The translations under genes were made by a program, and so were the position numbers. A stretch of DNA of 64,000 nt from Eledone cirrhosa (taxonomy: Eukaryota), in assembly GCA_964016885.1 (NCBI GenBank), contig OZ024747.1, positions 64,790,001 through 64,854,000 on the forward strand. The letters are read 5' to 3'. The notes beneath the pieces were generated by a model, which saw only the letters and a program-made list of their open reading frames with translations, did not search any database and was not told the origin of the DNA. Of this stretch, positions 1 to 12,700 are shown one piece after another; the stretch's first letter is position 1, and every line of letters begins with the position of its first letter.

Positions 1-1636
1 AATAAATGCTCTGAAATAGCGATATATATGTGAATATAGACATAGAATATTCGAAAATATTCTGTATGTTTATAATAAACATTTTGAAGACCTAATCGCT
101 ATAGAATAGAATACGTCACGTATTACAATTAGATTCTCGATAAAAGCAAGGGAAGTAATCTACGCGTTTCATTCTTGTTAGAATTCATCAGGACCACATA
201 TCCAGTGCTTTTATCGAGAATGACACAGCTAGAGACTTATAGAATACTTAGCTGTGTACAGGAACTGGTTTGAAAGAGCGGTTGCCGGTCCGGCAGAAAT
301 TAGAAATTGGAATAAATGCTCTGAAATAGCGATATATATGTGAATATAGACATAGAATATTCGAAAATATTCTGTATGTTTATAATAAACATTTTGAAGA
401 CCTAATCGCTATAGAATAGAATACGTCACGTATTACAATTAGATTCTCGATAAAAGCAAGGGAAGTAATCTACGCGTTTCATTCTTGTTAGAATTCATCA
501 GGACCACATATCCAGTGCTTTTATCGAGAATGACACAGCTAGAGACTTATAGAATACTTAGCTGTGTACAGGAACTGGTTTGAAAGAGCGGTTGCCGGTC
601 CGGCAGAAATTAGAAATTGGAATAAATGCTCTGAAATAGCGATATATATGTGAATATAGACATAGAATATTCGAAAATATTCTGTATGTTTATAATAAAC
701 ATTTTGAAGACCTAATCGCTATAGAATAGAATACGTCACGTATTACAATTAGATTCTCGATAAAAGCAAGGGAAGTAATCTACGCGTTTCATTCTTGTTA
801 GAATTCATCAGGACCACATATCCAGTGCTTTTATCGAGAATGACACAGCTAGAGACTTATAGAATACTTAGCTGTGTACAGGAACTGGTTTGAAAGAGCG
901 GTTGCCGGTCCGGCAGAAATTAGAAATTGGAATAAATGCTCTGAAATAGCGATATATATGTGAATATAGACATAGAATATTCGAAAATATTCTGTATGTT
1001 TATAATAAACATTTTGAAGACCTAATCGCTATAGAATAGAATACGTCACGTATTACAATTAGATTCTCGATAAAAGCAAGGGAAGTAATCTACGCGTTTC
1101 ATTCTTGTTAGAATTCATCAGGACCACATATCCAGTGCTTTTATCGAGAATGACACAGCTAGAGACTTATAGAATACTTAGCTGTGTACAGGAACTGGTT
1201 TGAAAGAGCGGTTGCCGGTCCGGCAGAAATTAGAAATTGGAATAAATGCTCTGAAATAGCGATATATATGTGAATATAGACATAGAATATTCGAAAATAT
1301 TCTGTATGTTTATAATAAACATTTTGAAGACCTAATCGCTATAGAATAGAATACGTCACGTATTACAATTAGATTCTCGATAAAAGCAAGGGAAGTAATC
1401 TACGCGTTTCATTCTTGTTAGAATTCATCAGGACCACATATCCAGTGCTTTTATCGAGAATGACACAGCTAGAGACTTATAGAATACTTAGCTGTGTACA
1501 GGAACTGGTTTGAAAGAGCGGTTGCCGGTCCGGCAGAAATTAGAAATTGGAATAAATGCTCTGAAATAGCGATATATATGTGAATATAGACATAGAATAT
1601 TCGAAAATATTCTGTATGTTTATAATAAACATTTTG
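1..1636 (-). repeat. Tandem array of a 310-bp unit (~5.3 copies, open at window start), each unit with a hammerhead on the minus strand; retrozyme-like
   Basis: Unit restarts at 1, 311, 621, 931, 1241, 1551 with no differences seen by eye; hammerhead reverse complements at 155-197, 465-507, 775-817, 1085-1127, 1395-1437. Confidence 0.95.
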
Positions 1637-3034
1637 GATGAATTCTAACAAGAATGAAACGCGTAGATTACTTCCCTTGCTTTTATCGAGAATCTAATTG
1701 TAATACGTGACGTATTCTATTCTATAGCGATTAGGTCTTCAAAATGTTTATTATAAACATACAGAATATTTTCGAATATTCTATGTCTATATTCACATAT
1801 ATATCGCTATTTCAGAGCATTTATTCCAATTTCTAATTTCTGCCGGACCGGCAACCGCTCTTTCAAACCAGTTCCTGTACACAGCTAAGTATTCTATAAG
1901 TCTCTAGCTGTGTCATTCTCGATAAAAGCACTGGATATGTGGTCCTGATGAATTCTAACAAGAATGAAACGCGTAGATTACTTCCCTTGCTTTTATCGAG
2001 AATCTAATTGTAATACGTGACGTATTCTATTCTATAGCGATTAGGTCTTCAAAATGTTTATTATAAACATACAGAATATTTTCGAATATTCTATGTCTAT
2101 ATTCACATATATATCGCTATTTCAGAGCATTTATTCCAATTTCTAATTTCTGCCGGACCGGCAACCGCTCTTTCAAACCAGTTCCTGTACACAGCTAAGT
2201 ATTCTATAAGTCTCTAGCTGTGTCATTCTCGATAAAAGCACTGGATATGTGGTCCTGATGAATTCTAACAAGAATGAAACGCGTAGATTACTTCCCTTGC
2301 TTTTATCGAGAATCTAATTGTAATACGTGACGTATTCTATTCTATAGCGATTAGGTCTTCAAAATGTTTATTATAAACATACAGAATATTTTCGAATATT
2401 CTATGTCTATATTCACATATATATCGCTATTTCAGAGCATTTATTCCAATTTCTAATTTCTGCCGGACCGGCAACCGCTCTTTCAAACCAGTTCCTGTAC
2501 ACAGCTAAGTATTCTATAAGTCTCTAGCTGTGTCATTCTCGATAAAAGCACTGGATATGTGGTCCTGATGAATTCTAACAAGAATGAAACGCGTAGATTA
2601 CTTCCCTTGCTTTTATCGAGAATCTAATTGTAATACGTGACGTATTCTATTCTATAGCGATTAGGTCTTCAAAATGTTTATTATAAACATACAGAATATT
2701 TTCGAATATTCTATGTCTATATTCACATATATATCGCTATTTCAGAGCATTTATTCCAATTTCTAATTTCTGCCGGACCGGCAACCGCTCTTTCAAACCA
2801 GTTCCTGTACACAGCTAAGTATTCTATAAGTCTCTAGCTGTGTCATTCTCGATAAAAGCACTGGATATGTGGTCCTGATGAATTCTAACAAGAATGAAAC
2901 GCGTAGATTACTTCCCTTGCTTTTATCGAGAATCTAATTGTAATACGTGACGTATTCTATTCTATAGCGATTAGGTCTTCAAAATGTTTATTATAAACAT
3001 ACAGAATATTTTCGAATATTCTATGTCTATATTC

Positions 3035-3035
<1 letters not shown>
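1637..3035 (+). repeat. Inverted arm of the same 310-bp array (~4.5 copies), ending in (TA)n(GA)n
   Basis: Reverse complement of the left arm; GATGAATTC recurs at 1637, 1947, 2257, 2567, 2877. Confidence 0.95.
1939..1981 (+). ncRNA. Type I hammerhead ribozyme (also at 2249-2291, 2559-2601, 2869-2911)
   Basis: Stem I GTGGTC/GATTAC, core CTGATGA, stem II ATTCT-AACA-AGAAT, GAAA, palindromic minimal stem III ACGCGT, predicted cleavage GUA after 1975; closed by a perfect 16-bp helix 1915-1930/1988-2003. Confidence 0.9.
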
Positions 3036-3074
<39 letters not shown>

Positions 3075-3220
3075 TTTGAGTATATGTTGGTTGTATACCA
3101 ACACCTCAGTATGCAGGCTGGAGCACTCGACGAAGTGCGCAGCTTGGTTTGGTTACTCCGGAGTAATGTAAAATAAAGTTAAATAAAAAGTCAAATGTTT
3201 AAAATTTAGCTTCGTTTATT

Positions 3221-3275
3221 ACTGCTATATATATTTCAGTGACAGCCATCTTTGGCTGTGACCTCTTCAGGCAGT
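3221..3275 (-). ncRNA. Type I hammerhead ribozyme in a ~310-bp segment between (GA)n and (TA)n
   Basis: Minus strand: ACTGC CTGAAGA GGTCACAGCCA-AAGA-TGGCTGTCACT GAAA TATATATA GCAGT; stem I ACTGC/GCAGT, palindromic stem III, AUA site. Confidence 0.8.
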
Positions 3276-4749
3276 TTGAATTAGTGTGGTATAGACAAGT
3301 ACATATATTGTTGAGGTGTATAATTTTGTCAATACTCTGATATGCCCAGTTCCTGGTTGGGTTGTTATTTCACTGAGGAACTGGAATCATATATATATAT
3401 ATATATATATATAGCTGCAGGCGGGGAACCAGGGATCTATTGCTAATCTATTTGATGCTTTATGACCATAATTTGGGCTGGCACGGGACAGCCAGCAATA
3501 GAGGATACTGGTGGACCTGGTCGTCTCTACGAATGATGATGCCTCTGGAATCACTGACTTATGTGGACCCCTAGTCTCACCGAGCAAGAGCAAGTAGAGC
3601 ATAACTATAATTTGCATCGGAATAGGTTTCGTCGATCGGTCCCGAAATCTCGCCTACCATTACTAAGAAACTGGCTACCAAATCGCGCCTACTCCGCCTT
3701 CATCAAGGATGAGGCTGTTGGCCACTTGAAATGTTATCCCCACGGTGATTAAGGAGCCCTATCTACCTCGCTAAGCATGTTGTCCGGCGCTCTACCTATT
3801 CTGACAATCCAGTCTAATAATGACAGGGCATATAAGCCCCACCCCACCCCCACCCCCTAAAGAGAAAAATAGACTTCAGCATAAGTGAGAATTGCACCAT
3901 ACGAAACACCAGCCCGGCATGGGAAATCTCTCTCTCTCTCTCTCTCACATATTATCTCTCATTCACACAAATATACATACGACATTTGGTCAGTGTATAT
4001 AATTCTGCTGGTAGTTACATGTATTGCTGGTGTATGTTTGACATCCAATTAACTTTCTACACATGTATCAACAGTAATTTATTGTCAGAAGTTCCAAGTA
4101 TCTGTAATTGTTTTCAGCAATATTTGAAAACCAAGCACATATATAAAATTAACCCTCCACATATCACTTTATATAGTTTGTACCACACTGAAAAATATGT
4201 CAACCTGCTTCTTCTCAATTTTAAATGTGTCGTAATGACTTCCCCTCTTACTTTCTATTACGCTTGATCATTCTTGATAGTAATGAAGGTAGTTTCTACA
4301 TCAATAACAATATCCTGTTGGCATCTGTCCCATTTTCTTTGACATTGAGTGCGTCTCCTGGCGTTCGGGGAAATTACTGTGAAGTTAATCACGATTCTAA
4401 AACAACACTAATGATTGCAGCAACTTGACAATTTATTCTATCATACATTAGCTCAAGAATCTAATAAGTTCTCACATAATACATCATTGAATTGTGAGAG
4501 AATAATACTTTAAAATATTGTGAGCAATTCTTCATAAAGGAAATGCAACTTGTTAAATATTCAGTGGGTTCCGTAGGTGTTTTGTTCTGAATATGTTTCA
4601 TTCATGAATAACTCAAACTTATAATGCCTTACAAATTCTGAGATGAGAAATAAAACATCTATTTAGCAAAGTTACGTGCCTATATCTATAACTCTACAAC
4701 AGTTTCTTTACTTTTATGGATCACTACTAATCGATTTGCACTTATTCAG

Positions 4750-4845
<96 letters not shown>

Positions 4846-4913
4846 GATATATAGATATATAGATATATATATATATATACATACATATATCTATCTATAC
4901 ATATATGTATACA

Positions 4914-5027
<114 letters not shown>

Positions 5028-5621
5028 TATAGATAGATATGTATAGTTAGATATATATATATATAAAGATATATACATGTAGTAATAATAATAAATTTGA
5101 AGACTAAAATCCAAAGAGGGCTCGATAAGGATAAATATATATCAAATATATAAGAACCGTAGAGCAAATATTTATTAAAGTAACAGATTAAAGTTTAAGC
5201 AAAGAATCGCTGCTTTCACCCTTAACGGGATCTTCTGAAACTAACAAAGTCAATCTGTGAACGCAGAAGTGAATATTTCAAAAGACTTTGCAACCGGGGG
5301 AAGACAGGAAGACGATACTTTGGTTCGTGGAAACGTTCCCTGGCAAAGAACGGGAAAAAACGAAGATAATATGTCATTATTTGGAGCGGTTAAAAACAAT
5401 TACACGCAGTGACAGAACCACGTTTATGGTATAAAAGAAGTCGTAGATAAATACGTATATAACAAGCGCACACACATACCTACATGTAAATACACAAATG
5501 TTCGGAGTACGTCAACCAAAACACGAAGTACACATATGCACACACCCTATATACGTCTTCAAATTTATTATTATTACTATTTGGCTCTCTCGGTTGAGCA
5601 CTCTATTGACTTATATTCATC

Positions 5622-7762
5622 ATGCAGAAACAACATCTGAATATTTCTACAAAGAACATACCCGTACCAAGCAGGAAAACATACCTAAAACTCCTGATAC
5701 AGAAAACATACGCGTTCATTAAAAGGTTGCGTTAGCGTGCCTTTTATTTCGATAATCCGCGAAAAGCAAACAACAAACAGGATAAATTTAGGTTTAAAAC
5801 CTATAATAACCCTCGTGTAACCCAGCATTGCTACCCTTCGAAAATGATGTCTTGGAACTCATACGAACTATCAAATTTCGGAATAGGAGCAATTCCTTCC
5901 AGCAGGCCCTGAAGAATAGAATTCGTTCTATTAAGGATTCTAATGCCGTGCACGTCCATTCCGACAAAACTGGCAACCTATATCAAGTGGAGCGCAGTAC
6001 TTACCATCAACTCCTACATAATGCTGTAACGAAGGATTACCGTAAAACTAATCAGTGCGTCATCAATGAAATCAACGATGCTGGGTGTAAAATCACCTCT
6101 GATCTCAACATCCTGGACCGGATGGAACCTCTGGACCCTATTTCTCCCTACTTTACCCTGAAGGATCACAAATCCAATTTTCCGAACAACCTCTCTATTC
6201 GGCTTATTAACCCTACGAAGTCCGATTTAGGTAGACTTAGTAAAAGGATTCTTGATAGAATTATACCTGAAATTAGAAGTTTGACCCCTCTTGCACTGTG
6301 GAACAATTCTTTCGCGGTGTTTGATTGGTTCAAGGGCATATGCAACAAGGAACATTGCCGTTTTATCCAATTCGACATCAATAATTACTACTCCTCCATC
6401 ACTTTACCACTTCTCCTTAGATCTATCAATTTCTTTAAATCACTCACAGTGGTTAAGGATTTCGAAGTTGATGTCATCCTCAATGCCCGTAAGTCGTTGA
6501 TTAATTTCGACGACTCTATTTGGATTAAAAAATCTAATATTACCTCATTCGACGTGAGTATGGGCGCCAGCGATTCTGCGGAGGTTACTGATCTTATCGG
6601 CCTTTTTCCTTCTTTTCTCTATCAAGGACGAATTCCCCAACGTAGGCGGTTGTTTGTACCGTGATGATGGCCTTTTTACCATGACTAAGTGCGGCCCGCG
6701 TGCTTGCGACAGGTTCAGAAAAGAACTCACAGCCTTCTTTAAAGGCTTCAACCTCTCTATACAGGTTAAAGCCAACCTCTCGGTCGTTAATTACCTCGTT
6801 AATTACCTCGACGTTACCCTCAATTTATCGAATGGCTTGTATTACCCGTATAGAAAGCCGAATGATACGCTTAATTACATAAGTAAGCATTCCAACCATC
6901 CTGCCAGCATAACCAAGAACCTGGTAAGAAACGTTTCATTGAGGCTTTCCCGTCTATCTACTAACGAGGATATTTTCAAGGACCATTCCACATATTACAA
7001 TGAAGCTCTTGCTCGGAGTGGATTTGTCGATAAGGTAGCATATACAGAGTATGAGAATAGACCTAGAAGAAATAGATCCCGACGCATTATATGGTATAAC
7101 CCACCATATAATATGGAGGTGTCCACACCATTAGCTAAGATCTTTCTATCCCTTATTACGAAGCATTTTCCCCCTACACATAAATATAGTAAGATTTTTA
7201 ATAGAAATACTATTAAAATTTCTTACTCTACGACACCTAACCTTGCACATAACATCACAGCTTCAAATTTAGCTAAACTACCTAGCCGTAGGAACACGTG
7301 CAACCCTGTAGTTAGTACTAACTGTAATTGTAGGAATCGGGTTGATTGCACCCTATCCGGGAAATGCCTCTCTAGTAACATTGTCTACAAATGTAAGGTT
7401 GAAACACCCACGTCCCGTAGAGCCTACATAGGGTTAACCGCCAATAGATTCAAGCAGTGTCTTTACATGCATACCCATTCTTTTCGTTACCCTCTAAGAA
7501 GGAATATGACTTCACCTTCAGCTTATATCTGGAGTCTAAAAGACAACCACTCCCAATATAAATTACACTGGGAGATCCTAGCTAGGGATAGATCGTATAA
7601 CGGAAATAAAAGACCATGTGACCTCTGCACCGCTGAGGCCCTGGAAATACTCTACGCCCAGACCACATCTTAAACCAAAAATCTGAGGCAATTTCAGCTT
7701 GTAAACATAAATTGCACAAAACGTTCCTGTATTACAGCCCCACATTATACCCTAGCGGATAG
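5622..7762 (+). pseudogene. Penelope-like RT/GIY-YIG polyprotein, disrupted
   Basis: ATG 5622 (MQKQHLNISTKNIPVPS...FIKRLR*RAF, TAG 5733); frameshifts near 5820, 6605 and 7660; motifs QFDINNYYSSI, SMGASDS, YRDDG, YLDVTL, WYNPP, CNCR, NIVYKC...YIGLT, LNQKSE..ACKH; final TAG 7760-7762; in-frame 12-bp duplication (NYLVNYLD). Confidence 0.9.
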
Positions 7763-8658
7763 TACGATCTATACGCGGATATTTTACGTCTTGATGTGGT
7801 AGCTAAGTATATGTTATGTTTATACCGTTATTTATTTGCATAGGTAAGTATATATTACCTGTATGTTTTGTGAAGGTACGTATACTTCCTCGTACGTATA
7901 TTTGATTGTATATTTTTATATATTCTGGTACATATGCATTTGGTTATATTTATACGTGTGTTTTGCGTCTGTGTGAGTATGCGGGTTCGTACGTATGTAG
8001 GGTGTGTGTATATGTGTACTTCGTGTTTTGGTTGACGTAGATCTCCGAACATTTGTGTGTTTACATGTAAGTATGTGTTTGCGCTTGTTATATACGTATT
8101 TACTTATTTATATACGTTTATTTAATTATTTGTATACACGCACACACATACACACATATTTATATGTGCGTGTATTTGTATACCTATGGTGAGTGTTTTC
8201 GCGTATGCTTGTGTATGTACGTATTTGGATGCGTGTATGTATTTATTTAATTTCAATTACCTCTGTATTTTATTTACTTTATCCTTAACTGTGAAGCGGA
8301 GAATCATTCGGTTTCCTAGTTACAATTTTAGTCTATGACTTCAGTTATACCATTTACGTGGTTTTGGCTTTGCGTGCAATTGTTCTCCCCGCTCGACATA
8401 TGACGTATTATCTCCGTTTTTTCCGTTCATTGCCAGAGAACGTCTCTATGAACCACCTAAGAGAATATTAGTCTACGACTTCTTTTATACCATAAACGTG
8501 GTTCTGTCTTTGCGCGTAATTGTTTTTCACCGCTCCTATTAATGACGTATTATTCGTTTTTTCCCGTTCTTTGCCAGCGAACGTTACCACGAACCAAAAT
8601 ATCGTCTTCCTGTCTTCCTCCGGTTGCAACGTTTTTTGAAATATTCACTTCTGCGTTC

Positions 8659-8734
8659 ACAGATTGACTTTGTTAGTTTCAGAAGATCCCGTTAAGGGTG
8701 AAAGCAGCGATTCTTTGCTTAAACTTTAATCTGT
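8659..8734 (+). ncRNA. Hammerhead-like motif of the Penelope-like terminal region, core variant CAGAAGA (inverted copy at 5183-5258)
   Basis: AGTTT CAGAAGA TCCC-GTTAA-GGGT GAAAGCA...TGCTT AAACT, with outer helix ACAGATTGA/TTAATCTGT. Confidence 0.7.
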
Positions 8735-8741
8735 TATTTCA

Positions 8742-8822
<81 letters not shown>

Positions 8823-8909
8823 TATATATATATAAAGATGTATATATATAAAGATATATATATATAAAGATATATATATATATATATATATATAGATATA
8901 TATATATAA

Positions 8910-8963
<54 letters not shown>

Positions 8964-9377
8964 ATATATATATATATAAAGATATATATATATATATATA
9001 TAAAGATATATATATTCGAAAACAGCGATGAACTGAACTCCGGCTGACGGTAAACGGATGCGGGTTGTCTCCAAGGATGACCTGGCGACGAACGTTCCGG
9101 AAGGACCTGATGGCAGCCAATATCACCTGGCACGGTCTCGAATAGTTGCCGCTGATCGTAACAGTTGGCGAGCACTTACTGCTCGGTGCGCCGAACGGCG
9201 CGGAAGAATCTACGACTAAGATATATATAAGGATTTCGAGCTTATATATACTTTATTAAGTGTACTCATAAGATCAACTGATATAACTTGTTGTCAGATG
9301 ATCCTGTGATCCTATACAACTTATGTCTAAGTTCAACTCCAGCATATCAAGACGCATGACGTACACATAGTATAGAA

Positions 9378-9415
<38 letters not shown>

Positions 9416-9532
9416 GATTATATATACACAGATGCATACATATATATACACAGATGCATACTTATGCTAGCAAATATATAGGTTTTGTCTTAGTAACTTT
9501 GTGGTTCAATGCATGGGGTTGCAGAACAATAA

Positions 9533-10208
<676 letters not shown>

Positions 10209-10307
10209 ATATATATTTATATATATTTATATATATATATAAATTCACCGAGGATCGCATTTCGGCGGGTAGAAAAAGCGAAACGCAATATCAGATTTAT
10301 GATGGTA

Positions 10308-10352
<45 letters not shown>

Positions 10353-10651
10353 GATATCATTCTTATTCGGATTCATCGTATCTGCTTATTAGTTCTCAAA
10401 TTAGAAAAAGTAATAAGGAAATACGACAAATCGTTAATATAAATGATCAAATATTACACTATCTTACTTTACGCTCTCTCTCACACACACACACTCACAC
10501 ACATACACACATACACATACACTCACAAATATAGTATACCCAGTTCTGAAATAACCAATATTGGATTGCTACTGCCCTTCTAAATTAATCTCTCCCAGTA
10601 GGTTAATATTTTGCATAAAGTTATTGTGCCTATCTTGAGTCTATCTTTCAA

Positions 10652-10706
<55 letters not shown>

Positions 10707-11130
10707 ATCACTCTCTCAATATTTCTCTCTTCTCTCTCTCGCTCCATCTCTGCCCCCTCTCTTTTCCTCTCTACCCCCCCCCCCTCTATATCATGTGTTA
10801 ACACATATTTCATTGAATACATCGTAGAAACAGACATATTGTCTGATAGAGAACTTATATGAAGATAAATGCATTCTTGCTCTCGCTGTGACCAATGACA
10901 ATTAATCTACCATTGTCTATTACTATCCTAGACGGCAAGGAATTAAAAATACTAGAATGTTCAACTATATATATTCAGAAGACTAGTATATTTCGGAAAA
11001 TTAGTGCAGGCGAGAAAGATGCTTTACACCAAATACATAAATACTTACATTGGGACACAAACGTAAATCATAAGTACATATTCATATGAAAACGCAAATA
11101 TATATTACAAGACAACGACCCCCCCCCCCT

Positions 11131-11196
<66 letters not shown>

Positions 11197-11223
11197 TATA
11201 TATATATACCTATATATATATAT

Positions 11224-11422
11224 GGAAAATAATGAAATGAAATTTAATTTCTCACTCTTAGTACGGCTGATACTTAAATATAAGTATGTATACGTACATA
11301 CATATATGTATAGAGACGTGCTTTAGTATGTAAATATATACATATATGTGTGCATATATGTATATATATATACATACTACTGTACGTCTGTATACATATA
11401 TGTATGTACGTATACATACTTA

Positions 11423-11430
<8 letters not shown>
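11224..11430. mobile_element. Diverged small inverted pair related to the 35.7-37.4 kb family
   Basis: ATTTCTCACTCTTAGTA...GTATACGTACATACATATATGTATA matches 35742-35812; inverted partial copy at ~11375-11425. Confidence 0.65.
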
Positions 11431-11468
<38 letters not shown>

Positions 11469-12581
11469 TAGAGAGAGAGAGATGTGTCCGTACGTCAAAT
11501 GTCTTTATATAGATCTATATGTTGGACTATATATGGGTGTTAAGATAGTAGAAATAATTGAAATATTAAATGGAGAATTGAGAAGATATTTATTGAATAA
11601 CCTTTAAAAAGCTCAACAACATTTTTGTTCTTGGTGTTGTATTTGATGGTGAAAAATATTCAGCTTTCGGGAAGAAAAGATTATATAAAGAGGGGATAAG
11701 AAAACTATTACAAGTTTCCTAGCAAATTGCTTTCATTTCAATCTGTCGTACTTAGAGTTGTAGAAGAACTGACGAAAACTGCCAGCGTATCTTTTCTCTT
11801 TTTAACATGAACAAGAAAAAAAAAACTTTAAACGGCTGTGGATTTAATGTAATAGGTAATCGATATATAATCTGGTTCTTACAGCCAGCTTTGGTCACGT
11901 TATTCAGGATATATTTGCAGCACAATCTGAAATGTTAAGGAGACGATCAAATAAAAAAAGTAAAAAAATAAAAATGAATAAGACAAATTCGTATGTCAAT
12001 ACAACCAGATTTAGTTAATGGCAGTCAGGAGAACGAAAATAATGAGAGAAAAGAAGGAAAATGTTGAAACGATTTTGCTACCTTTTCAAGTTTAATAATA
12101 ATAATAATACCGTTTCGAAACATCAAATACAATTTCAAGTCACGGATAATGAAAATAGTATATTTCCTAAATAAGATATCACACATAACGTCGTACCGAT
12201 TTCCTGCGTAAACATACGTTCTTACTACAAGTGGCTACTATTTGTTAGACAAGAGAAACTCCTGCTAGGTACGGTTCCTATAACATTGGTATCTTTCAAT
12301 GGATACAACAACGCTGACAACAAAACCAGAGCAAAACTTTATATAGACATTATATAATTAAGAAAGAGTTCTGAGACAGCTGTTACTAACGTGATGGTCT
12401 TTCTTGTCGTACTCAATTCGCCCCTAAAGTATTTCTTAGGTCGATCAAACATAGTTTTCTCATGTGTCCACAGACATGCCATATTTTGTAAAATCTTGAA
12501 TTTTTAGAATTAAGCTGGCTAGTCAAATTCCGCTATATCTATATAGTCTATAGTCTATAGTCTAAAGTATGTCTCGAACTC

Positions 12582-12700
12582 AGAGGCTCATCAGGCCGAT
12601 GCTTAGCAGTTTCCGTGGCGGGAAGCGACCGAGAGTACAAGAGTACTGCCTGGACAGGACGCCAGTCCATCACAGGATTATTCCCCCAGCTATTTTAGGT
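12582..12700 (-). mobile_element. SINE body fragment (second SINE family; related pieces at ~14720-14890 + and ~61646-61765 +)
   Basis: Minus strand CCTGTGATGGACTGGCGTCCTGTCCAGG central domain typical of metazoan tRNA-SINEs; the 61.6 kb piece has A/B-box-like head and GTCCTTGAACAAGACAC. Confidence 0.55.

Larger units (their letters stand above)
5080..8745 (+). mobile_element. Near full-length Penelope-like retroelement (probably Naiad/Neptune-type) with a 5' inverted segment, inserted in (TA)n
   Basis: RT + GIY-YIG ORF, ~1 kb 3' UTR ending in a hammerhead-like motif, inverted UTR copy at ~5080-5555, long (TA)n on both sides. Confidence 0.9.

Noticed and set aside
1-3035. CRISPR-like or protein-coding interpretation of the 310-bp array
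   Set aside because: No unique spacers, no cas genes, eukaryotic context; the single 60-aa ORF has no recognisable motif
4250-4380. Possible host exon on the minus strand (TTCACAG acceptor, GTAAGA donor)
   Set aside because: All three frames contain a stop before the donor and the peptide is unrecognisable; cannot be supported without RNA data
9215-9280. Minus-strand CTTATGAG...CTCGAAA hammerhead-like spacing
   Set aside because: Core mismatch and no stem I
10243-10300. CCGAGGA...GCGAAAC hammerhead-like remnant between TA tracts
   Set aside because: Stems do not register with the core
12582-12600. CTGATGAG on the minus strand
   Set aside because: Lies in the SINE body; no downstream GAAA or stems in the correct order
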